Made by a program: the position numbers and the translations under genes | Source of the DNA: Mustelus asterias | Taxonomy: Eukaryota | Length of the DNA: 64,000 nt | NCBI RefSeq assembly: GCF_964213995.1 | Contig: NW_027590143.1 | Coordinates: 62,001-126,000 of the forward strand | Direction of reading: 5' to 3' | In this document: positions 51,632-64,000 of the stretch, in pieces | How positions within the stretch are numbered: the first letter of the stretch is position 1 | Layout: the number at the start of each line of letters is the position of its first letter | The notes under the pieces: generated by a model | What the model was told of the DNA's origin: nothing | The model's input: the letters and a program-made list of their open reading frames with translations, nothing else | The model's database searches: none

Positions 51632-54600
51632 GTTCAAAATCCACTGATATTCAGTTATGATAAATTAGACGACTCTGGCAGTTCTTGATATGATATTTAC
51701 TTTCAGTTTCCTGACTGCAAATCGTCCCCTTCTAGTCCCTGTGAAACTGATTTAAAACAGATAAAAGGGGATTGAGAGAGAAACCACAGAGACAGATGAT
51801 GAATAGAGTCCAGACCGAAGCAACAATAAAAAAAAACACGCAGGAGGCCAGGAACGGAGTTCTGCATCCAACACGCAGCCTGATTCAAACCGGCTCCGAA
51901 CTGTGTTTCTAAATTCGAACCTATAAAAGAATAACACAGGAACTTCTGTAGAGACTGTATCTGGGACAAAAAGAACAAATCATCGAGATATTCAACAGGC
52001 CAGGCAACCTGTAAGAGTCACAAACAGAATTGAGGGCTCGGTTTTCTGACTTGCCCTCAGTCTATAATGAAACATCTAGAGTCAGGCACTGACTAATGGC
52101 GGTCACATTTCCCACAATGCTCTGCGCCTCAGAAATCCCTCCATTCAAAAGTTGTTCACCGTAATTCACTAATCATAGAATCCTTCCAGTGCAGAAAGAG
52201 GCCATTTTACCCATCGAGTCTGTACTGACTCTGAGAGCATCTTTCCCAGGCTCACCTCCTATCCCAGTAACCCCACGCACTTACTCTGCTAATCCCCATC
52301 CTGACCTTTCTCTTCACCCTGCCTGCAACCGCAACAATATATTCTGTACCCTTACTGTGCAAACTCCACACAGACAGTCACACACCCACGGCTGGAGTCG
52401 AACCCTGACTCAGTGAGGCAGCAGTGCGAACCACTGTGCCACAGTGAAGGGAGTTTGCCGCAAATTTCGGGTGATAACAATGGGCTGGATGTTGCTCAGA
52501 ATGTGGAGCACTGCAGCAAAGTACAGAGAGACAGAGACAGAGCAGCAAACTGGACTGAGAAATGGAGTCTGCAGACTGGAACTGGCATGATGAGGAGAGG
52601 TTATTTAGTCTAACACACTCACAGCAATCTACAACCCACCCCCATTACCGAGACAGTGAGACAGAGATTACAAACACTCACCAACACAGCTCCAGTGAAA
52701 CGTCCCAGGAAAAAGGGGGAATCTGTGGCTGTTCCTGTCCTGATATAGCCCCAGGGCTGTCACTCAAACCCCCAACCCGGCCCAGTTCACAGCTCAGCCT
52801 CTCAGCTTGCAGCTTCCTGCACCTTGAGCCAACCTTGCCCAGGTGTGGGAGGGATGTGGAACCCCAGAGTGGGGGGAGGGGTGACCTCCTGCTGTGTCCC
52901 AAATAGTTTCTCCTTCCCCTCCCCCTTGGCGCTCTAAGCTCTCAATGTGGACAGATTGCTGGACTTTGCAGAGCCTCACTGAGCTGCGCCTGTCCCTTAT
53001 CCTGGGTCACCCCCTCTCCCTGGGTTTAGTGTGTGTGAAATCGCTGCTTGTTTCCCTGCTGAACCTTCAGTTAAACACAAACAGAAAATGCTGGAGAACC
53101 TCAGCATTTCTGGCAGCACCTATGACAATCCAGACTGGAAACATTAATTCTGTTCTCTCTCCACAGATGCAGTCAGATCCGCTGAGATTTCCAGCATTTC
53201 CTGTTTCAGATTCCAGCACCCGCAGTATTTTGCTTTTATCTTCATTTAAAAGCATTCTTTGATGGCCTTTACCCCCATTGCTCCTTTCCAGAGCTTCCCA
53301 CCTTCTGCTATTGTCCCTGACTCCCACATTAACTCTGTCATTCCTCCCCTTTACCCCACTCACCCTGTCTGAAGTCAGGCTCAGAGTTTTGCCGCCATCT
53401 CCCCCTCCCCCAGCCTCCACATCCCAACACCCGGAATCTCTAACCCAGCGGTTCCAGTTTGTCTGGTTTGAGTTCAGATTTGCCGCAGCACCGACAGGAT
53501 TTCACTTCAAACCAGCCGGAACTGACTGCTCACAAATCCCCAGATGTTTCTCCAGCAGCCCGGGCTTGTTAACGTTCTTTAAAGTCAGTTTCAGTTACTC
53601 TCCTCAGTTTAAAAAACTTCTCCATTTAATTTAAGATATTACTCGCACCAGACACAAATATAAAACAGTGAACATTATCCCCCCACCCTGACCCGAGCTG
53701 GAGTGTCCCGAGGAAGAGACATCTGTTCCGGGTGTGACAATTCTTCGACATTCTCTGTGACATAAAGCAGGAAACGCTGGAAATACTCAACAAGTCAGGC
53801 AGCCTCTGTGGAGAGAGAAACAGACTGAATGTGACCTGTCATCGGAACTGGGAAATATATTATTTCCCGCAACTGAAAGAGACACTTTACAGCCTTCAGA
53901 ACAAAACTGAGCTCAACAATTTTACACCACAATCTCTGCCCCCATTGTGTTCTGTGTTTCGTTGTTGCTTTTTTCACCTCATTTCCCTCTTGTTTACTTT
54001 ACTTTGCATTCGGACTATTTACACCTCATCCAGATCATCTTTTGTGTCTTTACTTGTCCCATTAACACTCGTTTTGGTCTCGGGCTGTGAATCATGTTAT
54101 CAGTTTGCAGATTTTTCATTTTGTTCTTCTCCACCTCCCTCTCTCCCTTCTTCACGGGTCTGGCTTTCCCTGTGTGGCTCCGGAGAACGAGCGGATTTAA
54201 GACGTCTGAAAGAGAGAGAATGAGATTTTTTTTCCTCTCAGAGGGTCTTTGGTCTGTGGAATTCTCTTCCCCAGAGAGCAGTGGAGAGAGAGTCATTGAA
54301 TATTTTTAAGGCTGATTCATTGAATTCTTGAGAGGAAAGTGGAGTTTTGGTCACAGTCAGATCAGCTGGGATCTTATCTGGAGCAGAGCAGCCCAAAGGT
54401 CTACTGCTGCTCTTGATTCATATGGATGTTTAACTGTGTGTTTCACTCTGTTTCTGCCTCCACACAAACTGCCGGGCCTGTTGACTCTTTGTGGCGTTGA
54501 CTGTTTTATTTCAGATTTTAACACTCTAACCTCACGGTTAAGCTATTGCAGAAGATACGGAGGCATGGGATTGAGGGTGATTTAGCGGTTTGGATCAGGA

Positions 54601-54671
54601 ATTGGCTAGCTGTAAGAAGATTTTAAACTCTCTGGGAACTGTGCCCAGGGACACACACACACACACACACA

Positions 54672-57522
54672 CAATTAATCCAGTTCTCCTGGATTACTGC
54701 TCTGTTACATATCACTGTGTAATCTAACAATTAATCCAGTTCCCTGGATTACTGCTCTGTAACATATCACTGTGTAATCTAACAATTAATCCAGTTCTCC
54801 TGGATTCCTGCTCTGTAACATATCACTGTGTAATCTAACAATTAATCCAGTTCCCCTGGATTTCTGCTCTGTTACATATCACTGTGTAATCCAACAATTA
54901 ATCCAGTTCTCCTGGATTTCTGCTCTGTTACATATCACTGTGTAATCCAACAATTAATCCAGTTCCCCTGGATTACTGCTCTGTAACATATCACTGTGTA
55001 ATCCAACAATTAATCCAGTTCCCCTGGATTACTGCTCTGTAACATATCACTGTGTAATCCAACAATTAATCCAGTTCCCCTGGATTACTGCTCTGTAACA
55101 TATCACTGTGTAATCCAACAATTAATCCAGTTCTCCTGGATTTCTGCTCTGTTACATATCACTGTGTAATCTAACAATTAATCCAGTTCTCCTGGATTTC
55201 TGCTCTGTTACATATCACTGTGTAATCCAACAATTAATCCAGTTCCCCTGGATTACTGCTCTGTAACATATCACTGTGTAATCCAACAATTAATCCAGTT
55301 CCCCTGGATTACTGCTCTGTAACATATCACTGTGTAATCCAACAATTAATCCAGTTCTCCTGGATTTCTGCTCTGTTACATATCACTGTGTAATCCAACA
55401 ATTAATCCAGTTCCCCTGGATTTCTGCTCTGTAACATATCACTGTGTAATCCAACAATTAATCCAGTTCCCCTGGATTACTGCTCTGTAACATATCACTG
55501 TGTAATCTAACAATTAATCCAGTTCTCCTGGATTTCTGCTCTGTTACATATCACTGTGTAATCCAACAATTAATCCAGTTCCCCTGGATTACTGCTCTGT
55601 AACATATCACTGTGTAATCCAACAATTAATCCAGTTCCCCTGGATTACTGCTCTGTAACATATCACTGTGTAATCCAACAGTTAATCCAGTTCCCCTGGA
55701 TTACTGCTCTGTAACATATCACTGTGTAATCCAACAATTAATCCAGTTCTCCTGGATTTCTGCTCTGTTACATATCACTGTGTAATCTAACAATTAATCC
55801 AGTTCTCCTGGATTTATGCTCTGTTACATATCACTGTGTAATCTAACAATTAATCCAGTTCTCCTGGATTACTGCTCTGTAACATATCACTGTGTAATCT
55901 AACAATTAATTCAGTTCCCCTGGATTACTGCTCTGTAACATATCACTGTGTAATCCAACAATTACTCCAGTTCCCCTGGATTTCTGCTCTGTAACATATC
56001 ACTGTGTAATCTAACAATTAATCCAGTTCCCCTGGATTTCTGCTCTGTAACATATCACTGTGTAATCCAACAATTACTCCAGTTCCCCTGGATTTCTGCT
56101 CTGTTACATATCACTGTGTAATCTAACAATTAATCCAGTTCCCCTGGATTACTGCTCTGTTACATATCACTGTGTAATCCAACAATTACTCCAGTTCCCC
56201 TGGATTTCAGCTCTGTTACATATCACTGTGTAATCCAACAATTAATCCAGTTCCCCTGGATTACTGCTCTGTAACATATCACTGTGTAATCTAACAATTA
56301 ATCCAGTTCCCCTGGATTTCTGCTCTGTTACATATCACTGTGTAATCTAACAATTAATCCAGTTCTCCTGGATTACTGCTCTGTAACATATCACTGTGTA
56401 ATCTAACAATTAATTCAGTTCCCCTGGATTACTGCTCTGTAACATATCACTGTGTAATCCAACAATTACTCCAGTTCCCCTGGATTTCTGCTCTGTAACA
56501 TATCACTGTGTAATCTAACAATTAATCCAGTTCCCCTGGATTCCTGCTCTGTAACATATCACTGTGAAATCCAACAATTAATCCAGTTCTCCTGGATTTC
56601 TGCTCTGTAATATATCACTGTGTAATCCAACAATTAATCCAGTTCCCCTGGATTTCTGCTCTGTAACATATCACTGTGTAATCTAACAATTAATCCAGTT
56701 CTCCTGGATTTCTGCTCTGTTACATATCACTGTGTAATCTAACAATTAATCCAGTTCTCCTGGATTTCTGCTCTGTTACATATCACTGTGTAATCTAACA
56801 ATTAATCCAGTTCTCCTGGATTACTGCTCTGTAACATATCACTGTGTAATCTAACAATTAATTCAGTTCCCCTGGATTACTGCTCTGTAACATATCACTG
56901 TGTAATCCAACAATTACTCCAGTTCCCCTGGATTTCTGCTCTGTAACATATCACTGTGTAATCTAACAATTAATCCAGTTCCCCTGGATTTCTGCTCTGT
57001 AACATATCACTGTGTAATCCAACAATTAATCCAGTTCTCCTGGATTTCTGCTCTGTAATATATCACTGTGTAATCCAACAATTAATCCAGTTCCCCTGGA
57101 TTTCTGCTCTGTAACATATCACTGTGTAATCTAACAATTAATCCAGTTCTCCTGGATTACTGCTCTGTAACAGATCACTGTGTAATCCAACAATTAATCC
57201 AGTTCCCCTGGATTTCTGCTCTGTAACATATCACTGTGTAATCTAACAATTAATCCAGTTCTCCTGGATTTCTGCTCTGTAATATATCACTGTGTAATCC
57301 AACAATTAATCCAGTTCCCCTGGATTTCTGCTCTGTTACATATCACTGTGTAATCTAACAATTAATCCAGTTCTCCTGGATTACTGCTCTGTAACATTTC
57401 ACTGTGTAATCTAACAATTAATCCAGTTCTCCTGGATTCCTGCTCTGTGACATATCACTGTGTAATCCAACAATTAATCCAGTTCTCCTGGATTTCTGCT
57501 CTGTTACATTTCACTGTGTAAT
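54672..57522. repeat. 56-bp tandem satellite, about 51 copies
   Basis: Unit AACAATTAATCCAGTTC(C/T)CCTGGATT(A/T/C)CTGCTCTGT(A/T)ACATATCACTGTGTAATC(C/T); period 56 nt; preceded by (AC)n at 54651-54672. Confidence 0.97.
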
Positions 57523-57546
57523 GGAACCCGCTCCTGCTGCAGTGAA

Positions 57547-57621
57547 CACACAAACACAGCGAGGGAGCTCCCTCTTGTGGCGATGTGAGGTAAATGGCCT
57601 CTGCCTGGGAAATCACTGAAT
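57547..57621 (-). promoter_or_regulatory. 75-bp inverted repeat, right arm, with CTCF-like motif
   Basis: Minus strand CGCCACAAGAGGGAGCTC at 57565-57582. Confidence 0.65.
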
Positions 57622-59729
57622 TCTCAGATTACTGAAGGATCCTGTTGGAGGATTGTGCTGCTGTATTTTTCTTATTCCTACTATTCTTATTTTAATATAT
57701 TTTAATGCAGCCGAATCTATTCTCATAACTGATATCAATCTCGGAAACAAATTCAGACAAACTCATAGACACACAAATACTCAGAAAAATGCAGACACAT
57801 ACATATGATTCCAAGAATAAATTAGATATAGCTCTTGGGGCTAAAGGTGTGGGAAGAAGGGGGATCAGAATATTGAATTCGATGATCAGCCATGATCAAA
57901 ATGAATGGCGGAGCAGGCTCGAAGGGCCGAATGGCTTCCTCCTGCTTCTAGTTTCTATCTTTCTATAATCTCACACAAACACACACACAGCACACACAGA
58001 TACACACTCATACATACACACGCTCAGACACACACACTATCTCAGACACTCTCACAAACACAGAGACAGACTGAGACCATGAAGGGTTGATGTCAGTCTC
58101 ACTCCAAATAATCTGCTGGGCAAATTAAAACAACAGAAGCAAATCTGAAATTCAGTGTGTGAGTTTTATTGTGAAATGAGATAATGTATAAAGATATCCC
58201 CATAGCTCAGGGTGGGAGTGGAATTGATGATTTGTCTGCTGTCTGAACAAATATTAAATTGTAGAGATTATAAAGTTTGAATTGTAATATCTAATGGTGT
58301 GAAGTATCTGGGAGCAGAGTGGGTGTGGTAAAGGCTGGAATACAAACTGGGGGAATGAGGGTGAAACTGCGGTGCAGAGTGAATGGTTCTTGTTGTAGGG
58401 AGGGATGGGAGGAGGGATAGAGAGAGGAATGGGGGGGATGACCTTCCAGAATGTCTTTCCCAGCCTTGAGATCCAGGGAAGTTTTCAGCATTAAAACAGA
58501 AAATGCTGACAATAAGAATCCACACTTTTCCAAGTACCAGTTGATTGTGCCCCAGATTATTGGTTTCATTTTTCTCCACCGCTGATGTTAAGATGATTGT
58601 TCTGTAATTTTTTGAACAGGGATGTAACATTTCCAATCTCTCAGCCTTTTGGCACCACACCTCTATGAGAAGGATTGGAAGATTGTGGCCAGAGCCTCCA
58701 CAAGCTCCATGTGAAGGACAGTTTATGTCAGAGTGCAGCAGTCCCTCAGTGTCAGACTGCAGTGTCAGCCTAGATAATGTGCTCAGCTTGATGAGTATTT
58801 CCTGTTGTTATTGATGTGGATCATTCAGAAACAATGGACTCTGATGATGTCATCCAGTCCTGCTGCGATGATGTCATAGAGACTATTACATCACAGCAGA
58901 GCCTTAGTGGTGAAAACAGTTTTGTTCCAGACGGCAGCAAGTCCATTACTGATAGATCAGCAACTAGAATTACTGGGTCACAGAGCACAATATTAGGATG
59001 GATGGCCAAAACCTTGTTTGGAGAGACAGACCTTAACAAACACCTTTAATCTGGACAGTTAGGGAGGGAGTTTCAGAATCTCATATCCAGGCCTTGTTCC
59101 ATTCACTCAAAATATTTTACAGAAATTGATAAGTTATAATGATCAGGAAGGTTTGAAAAGCATTAATCTCTTCTCTTTGGAACAATGTTGACCCCATTTT
59201 CTGTCTCAATCTGATTCTCTTTGTCTCAGTTTACGAACTTCCATCCCATTCACTCTCACTGTCTCTTTCCCCATTTACTTTGCTCCCTCTATTCACTTGT
59301 TCTCTGTCTGTAATAATCACAATGACTGCCGGTGATTCTCTGACTACAATCAGAAAAGAAATTAATCCGAAGTGTGCAGTCCCACCCAGCTGGACAATAA
59401 TGGAGAGGCACTGGAGGAAGATGGTTTGGTCAATGGTGTCAATAACTGCAGACTGGCTGAGAAGGACAGTGACAGATAACTTACCTCAGTCATATTCACA
59501 CAGTAATTTGAGACTTTGGTAAGAGCTGGTTTAATACTGTGGAAAGACAAATGTCATCGGAGGGATTCACACAGGGAATTTCAGGACATATGGGCAGAGA
59601 TTTGGGAGACGACAGGGATTTTGGAAGTTGTAATGAGAGATGGGCAGGAGGGGAACAAAGACACTGGGGTCAAGGGTGGGCTCGTGGGAGGAAGGGAAGC
59701 AATAGAGGCAGCTTTTTTAATTTCATCTG

Positions 59730-60100
59730 TGGGACATGGATGTTGTTGCATGGCCAGCATTTATTGCAAGTTGCCCTTGAGAAGGTGGTGGTGAGCTGCC
59801 TTATGAGTGGCTTGCTCGGCCATTTTAGAGACAACCACACTGCTGTGGCTCTGGAGTCCCATGTAGGCCAGACCAGGCAAGGACGACAGATTTCCTTCCC
59901 GAAAGGACATCATTAAACCAGATGGGTTTTTACAACAATTGTTTCACGGTCATCAGTAAATTCTTAATTCCAGATATTTTTTTTATTGAATTCAGATTTC
60001 ACCATCTGCCCTGGTGGGATTGAAACCTGGTACCCAGAACATTAGCTGAGTTTCTGGGTTAACCGTCTGGTGTAAATACCACTAGGCCATCACCTCCCCT
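59730..60100 (-). mobile_element. tRNA-derived SINE, near full length (same family as 16126-16420)
   Basis: Minus strand: GGAGGTGATGGCCTAGTGGTA head, GGTTTCAATCCCACC B-box-like, CCATCTGGTTTAATGATGTCCTTTCGGGAAGGAAATCTG core, AATAAATGCTGGCC tail. Confidence 0.75.
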
Positions 60101-60382
60101 CAACCTTAGTGACAAAGAAGCTCCATGCGCTCCTCACACTTGTTGTTGGAGGTAAGGATGGCGAAGACAGGGGAGAGGGAGAGCCCTTCAAAAGGATCCA
60201 AATTGAGTTAGAGACATTAAATAGATGCAACACAGTGTGTTCAATATAAAAATAGTAATATAAAACTAATTTATTTGACCTTTATCCACAACATTAGCCC
60301 AAACAACTGGCTGGAATTTATTGACATCATCCAACAGACCCCAACGAACATCATCCTGGATGTCACTGACAGCAAAATCCAA

Positions 60383-61429
60383 TCATTGTAATTGTTTGTG
60401 AGCTTGTTGGTGTCTCATCAGTACAGAAAAATAAGCAAATCCCTTCCCACATTCAGCACATGTGAATGGCCTCTCCCCAGTGTGAACTCGCTGGTGTGTC
60501 AGTAGGTTCGATGACTGAGTGAAACCCTTCCCACACACAGAGCAGGTGAACGGTCTCTCCCCAGTGTGAACGTGCTGGTGCATCAGAAGTTTGGATGAGG
60601 AAGGGAATCCCTTCCCACACTCAGAGCAGATGAATGGTCTCCCCCCAGTTTGAACACACTGGTGTGTCAGAAGGACGGATGACTGAGTAAATCCCTTGCT
60701 ACACTCAGGGCAGGTGGGCAGCCTCTCCCCAGTGTGAATTTGCTGGTGTACAGTGAGATGAGACGATCGCTTGAATGCAGAACCACAGTGAGAGCATCTG
60801 AACGGTCTCTCATCAGTGTGAACAGGTTGATGCTGCATCAAGTCCTGGGAAATTTTAAAGCGTTTTCCACAATCTGGACATGTAAAAGGTCTCTCATCAG
60901 TGTGAACTCGCTGGTGTGTCTGCAGTTTGTATTGCTGAGTAAATCCTTTCCCACACATGGAACAGGTGAATGGCCTCTCATTGCTGTCAACACGTTGATG
61001 GCGCATCAGTTCCCCAGAACATTTGTAACACTTCCCACAGTCTGAGCATTTAAATGGTCTCTCCTCAGTGTGAACTCGCTGGTGATTCAACAGGGTGGAT
61101 GACTGAATGAATCCCTTCCCACACACAGAACAGGTGAACGGCCTTTCCCCAGTGTGAAGTCGCTGATGTATCAGAAGGTAGGATTGACGAGTGAATCCCT
61201 TCCCACATTCGAAGCAGGTGAACGGTTTCTCCCCAGTGTGACTGAGCCAATGACATTCCAGGCCAGACGGGGATTTGAATCCCTTCCCACAATCCCTGCA
61301 TTTCCACGGTTTCTTCCTGGATTGACTGCATTTGTGTTTCAACAGGTCAGATGATTGGCTGAAGCTTCGTCCACACACAGAACACGTGTATGTTTTCTCC
61401 CCACTGTGAATGGTGCTTGTTCCTTCCAT
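60383..61429 (-). CDS. C2H2 zinc-finger protein, 12 repeats (about 9 intact), subfamily B (ZNF-7)
   Basis: ATG at 61429 ([14 protein letters not shown]), TGA at 60383-60385; acceptor at 61539-61540. Confidence 0.88.
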   Translation of the reverse strand: MEGTSTIHSGEKTYTCSVCGRSFSQSSDLLKHKCSQSRKKPWKCRDCGKGFKSPSGLECHWLSHTGEKPFTCFECGKGFTRQSYLLIHQRLHTGERPFTCSVCGKGFIQSSTLLNHQRVHTEERPFKCSDCGKCYKCSGELMRHQRVDSNERPFTCSMCGKGFTQQYKLQTHQRVHTDERPFTCPDCGKRFKISQDLMQHQPVHTDERPFRCSHCGSAFKRSSHLTVHQQIHTGERLPTCPECSKGFTQSSVLLTHQCVQTGGRPFICSECGKGFPSSSKLLMHQHVHTGERPFTCSVCGKGFTQSSNLLTHQRVHTGERPFTCAECGKGFAYFSVLMRHQQAHKQLQ

Positions 61430-61829
61430 GTTCAAAATCAAATGATATTCAGGTTACGATAAATTGGAAAACTCCACCAGGTTCTGATGTGATGTTTCGT
61501 TTCAGTTTCCCGACTGCAAATCCTCCTCTTCTAAAACCCTGTATAACTGTTTCAAAACAGAAAAAGATGGGGTGAGAGAGAACCCACAAAAACACAAAGG
61601 CAGGTTGTGAAATGGAGCTGAATGAATCTGGTAATTTGCGGGGCCGGCACCAGGGAAAAGTGACCATTAAAACTGGTGGATTCTCATAAAAACCCAACTG
61701 GTTCACTAATGTCCTTCGGGAAGGAAACCTGCCACCCAGTCTGGGTCGACACAGATTCTGTCCACAAATTTCTAAACTGTCCCTGAACACCAAGGTCTGG
61801 GTCATTTGTATACATTAGGAAGAGCTGGG

Positions 61830-63930
61830 TGTTAACACCCGCTCCTGAGGAACTCCCAAACATCCATTAACCTGTATTTTGTGTGTTTCCTGTCCCCCAG
61901 ACAATTTTGTGTCAATGCTGCTGCTGTCCCTTTTATTCCACGAGTCATACCTGTGCTCCGATGTCTGCTGTGCAGCAATTTATCTGATGCTTTTTGGAAG
62001 TCCATGTTCACCACATTAACAGCATTATCCTCAACAACGGGATCTGTTACCTCATCAAAATATTTCAGCAGGTTCGATAAACACCATTTCCTCTGAACAC
62101 TGTCCTTCTTAACCCACATTTACTCAGGTGACTAGTAAATATGTCCTGAATTATTGTTTCAGGAATCTTCCCTATCACTAGCATTGAACTGACTGACCTG
62201 TAGTTTCTGGGATTATCTTTTGAGCAGGTACTGACTAATCCACCTAACCTGCACATCTTTGGACCATGGGAAGAAATCCATGCAGACACGGAGAACGTGC
62301 AAACTCCACACAGACAATCGCCCGCGGCTGGAATCGAACCCTGGTCTTTGGCGCTCTGTGGCAGCAGTGCTAACCACTGTGCAGCCCCAAAACGTTTTCC
62401 ATGTCCAATTTCCAATTGCTGTATCCTGTAAATAGAGTTTCCAAAAAGATCATCACTGTTAAACCAGGACATAAATTCAGAAGAGACAAACCGTTCCTTG
62501 ATTAGAATTTTCTGTGTGTAAATCCCGCACTTCTAACCAAATAAAAGCAAATTACTGCAGATGCTTGAATGAGGAACCAAAAGAGAAAATGCTGGAAAAT
62601 CTCAGCAGGTCTGGCAGCATCCCTAAGGAGAGATGCAGATGGTCTGTTAGCCTTTATTCCCCAGGGATGCAGTTTCCGAGTGAGGAAATCTTTCTGAAAT
62701 TGTATCGAGTTTTGGTGAAACCACATCTGGAACACTGCAGAGTTTGGGTCTCCTTACCCAGAGAATTGCCCCAGAGGACGAGTAACAAACGTTCACCAGA
62801 CTGCTTCCTGGGATGACAGGACTGTGCAACGAGGAGCGATTGAGCAGAATTGGTCTTTACTCTCTGACCTGATAGTAACCTCAAATCTTCATCCTGCTGA
62901 CCTCCAATAACCTTTCACCTCCTTGCTCACCAAGAATCTATCCACCTTTGCCTTAAAATATTCAAAGACTCTTCTTCCACCACCTTTTCAGGAAGAGAGT
63001 TCCAAAGACTCACGACACTTGGAGAAAAATTCTCCTCATCCCTACTTTAAATGGGTGACGCTTTATTTTTTAAAACCGTGACCCCCTAGTTCTAGATTAT
63101 CCCACAAGAGGAAACATCCTCTCCACCTCCATCCTGTCAAGGCCTTGCAGGAACAAGTCACCATTTACTCTTCTAAACTCCAGCGGATACACTCCTTGCC
63201 TGTCCAACCTTGCCTCATAACACAACCCATCCATTTCAGGCATTGTAAGAAGTCTCACAACGTTAGATTAAAGTCCAATAGGTTTATTTGGAATCACGAG
63301 CTTTCGGAGCGCTGCTCCTTCCTCAGGTGCGGAAGGATTCCAAATTCCAAATAAACCTGTTGGTCTTTAACCTGGTGTTGTGAGACTTCTTACTGTGCCC
63401 ACCCCAGTCCAACGCCGGCATCTCCACATCATTTCAGGTATTGGTCTGGTAAACCTTCTCTGAACTGTCTCCAGCACACTTACACCCTTCCTTAAACAAG
63501 GTGACCAATACTGCACACAGTACTCCAGATGTGGCCTCACTAGTGACCTGTACAACTGAAGCATAACCTCCCTAGTTCTGTATTTAATTCCCATCACAAT
63601 GAATGATAACATTCTATTAGTTTTCCTAATTACTGATTTACCTGCATATTAGCCTTTTGTGATTTATGTACTAGAACACCCAACATGCCTCTGAATCTCT
63701 GAGCTCTGCAATCTCTCACCGTTTAGACAAAATGCTTCTTTTTCATTCTTCCTGCTGAAATGGACAATTTCACATTTGCCCACATTCTACTCCATTTACC
63801 AGATATTTTCCCACTCACTGAACCTTTCTGTCTTTTTGAACCCTCCGTATGTCCTCGTCACAACTTACTTTCCCCCCTATCTTTGTGTCATCGGCAAATT
63901 TGCCAAACATCCCTTCATCCAGTCATTTCT
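61830..63930. mobile_element. Nested degraded CR1 fragments, an HE1-like SINE (62230-62388) and a Penelope-derived hairpin (63241-63432)
   Basis: MDFQKASDKL (ORF 61832), LVRPHLEYCVQYWSP (ORF 63367), SINE head on the minus strand, inverted CACAAC...AAAGTCCAA..GGTTTATTTGG arms with CTGAGGA/GAAA motif. Confidence 0.75.
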
Positions 63931-64000
63931 ATACATTTTTGATTCCTTGCCCCAAATTTGATTCCGTCTACTATTTAGTTTTAAAATGTTTTCCCCAGTA

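Noticed and set aside
54672-57522. CRISPR-like array (palindromic repeats)
   Set aside because: Units are contiguous with no unique spacers, there are no cas genes and the context is eukaryotic; it is a satellite
49646-57621. DNA transposon defined by terminal inverted repeats
   Set aside because: No transposase, diagnostic termini or visible target-site duplication; kept only as an inverted-repeat/CTCF finding

Overview
Eukaryotic, transposon-dense vertebrate DNA, almost certainly a shark or other elasmobranch (inferred from HE1-type V-SINEs with CR1 partners, and abundant Penelope-like elements). The window is a cluster of seven tandem C2H2 zinc-finger loci in two paralogous subfamilies: six have open finger ORFs and one is frameshifted. 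None shows a KRAB, SCAN, BTB or SET domain, and they share conserved non-coding 5' and 3' modules. Also present: an intron-containing, stop-disrupted, truncated EMC4 duplicate with its CpG-island promoter; an intact tRNA-Val(AAC) in a relic ~1.1-kb tandem unit; a 39-nt U2 snRNA 5' fragment near a young Tx1-clade L1 element; Penelope-derived repeats carrying minimal hammerhead ribozyme motifs; an 8-copy CRE (TGACGTCA) minisatellite at a ZNF promoter; a ~51-copy 56-bp satellite that appears SINE-derived; and a pair of 75-bp inverted repeats with convergent CTCF-like motifs bracketing one ZNF gene. Repeat boundaries and identities were read by eye and are approximate.
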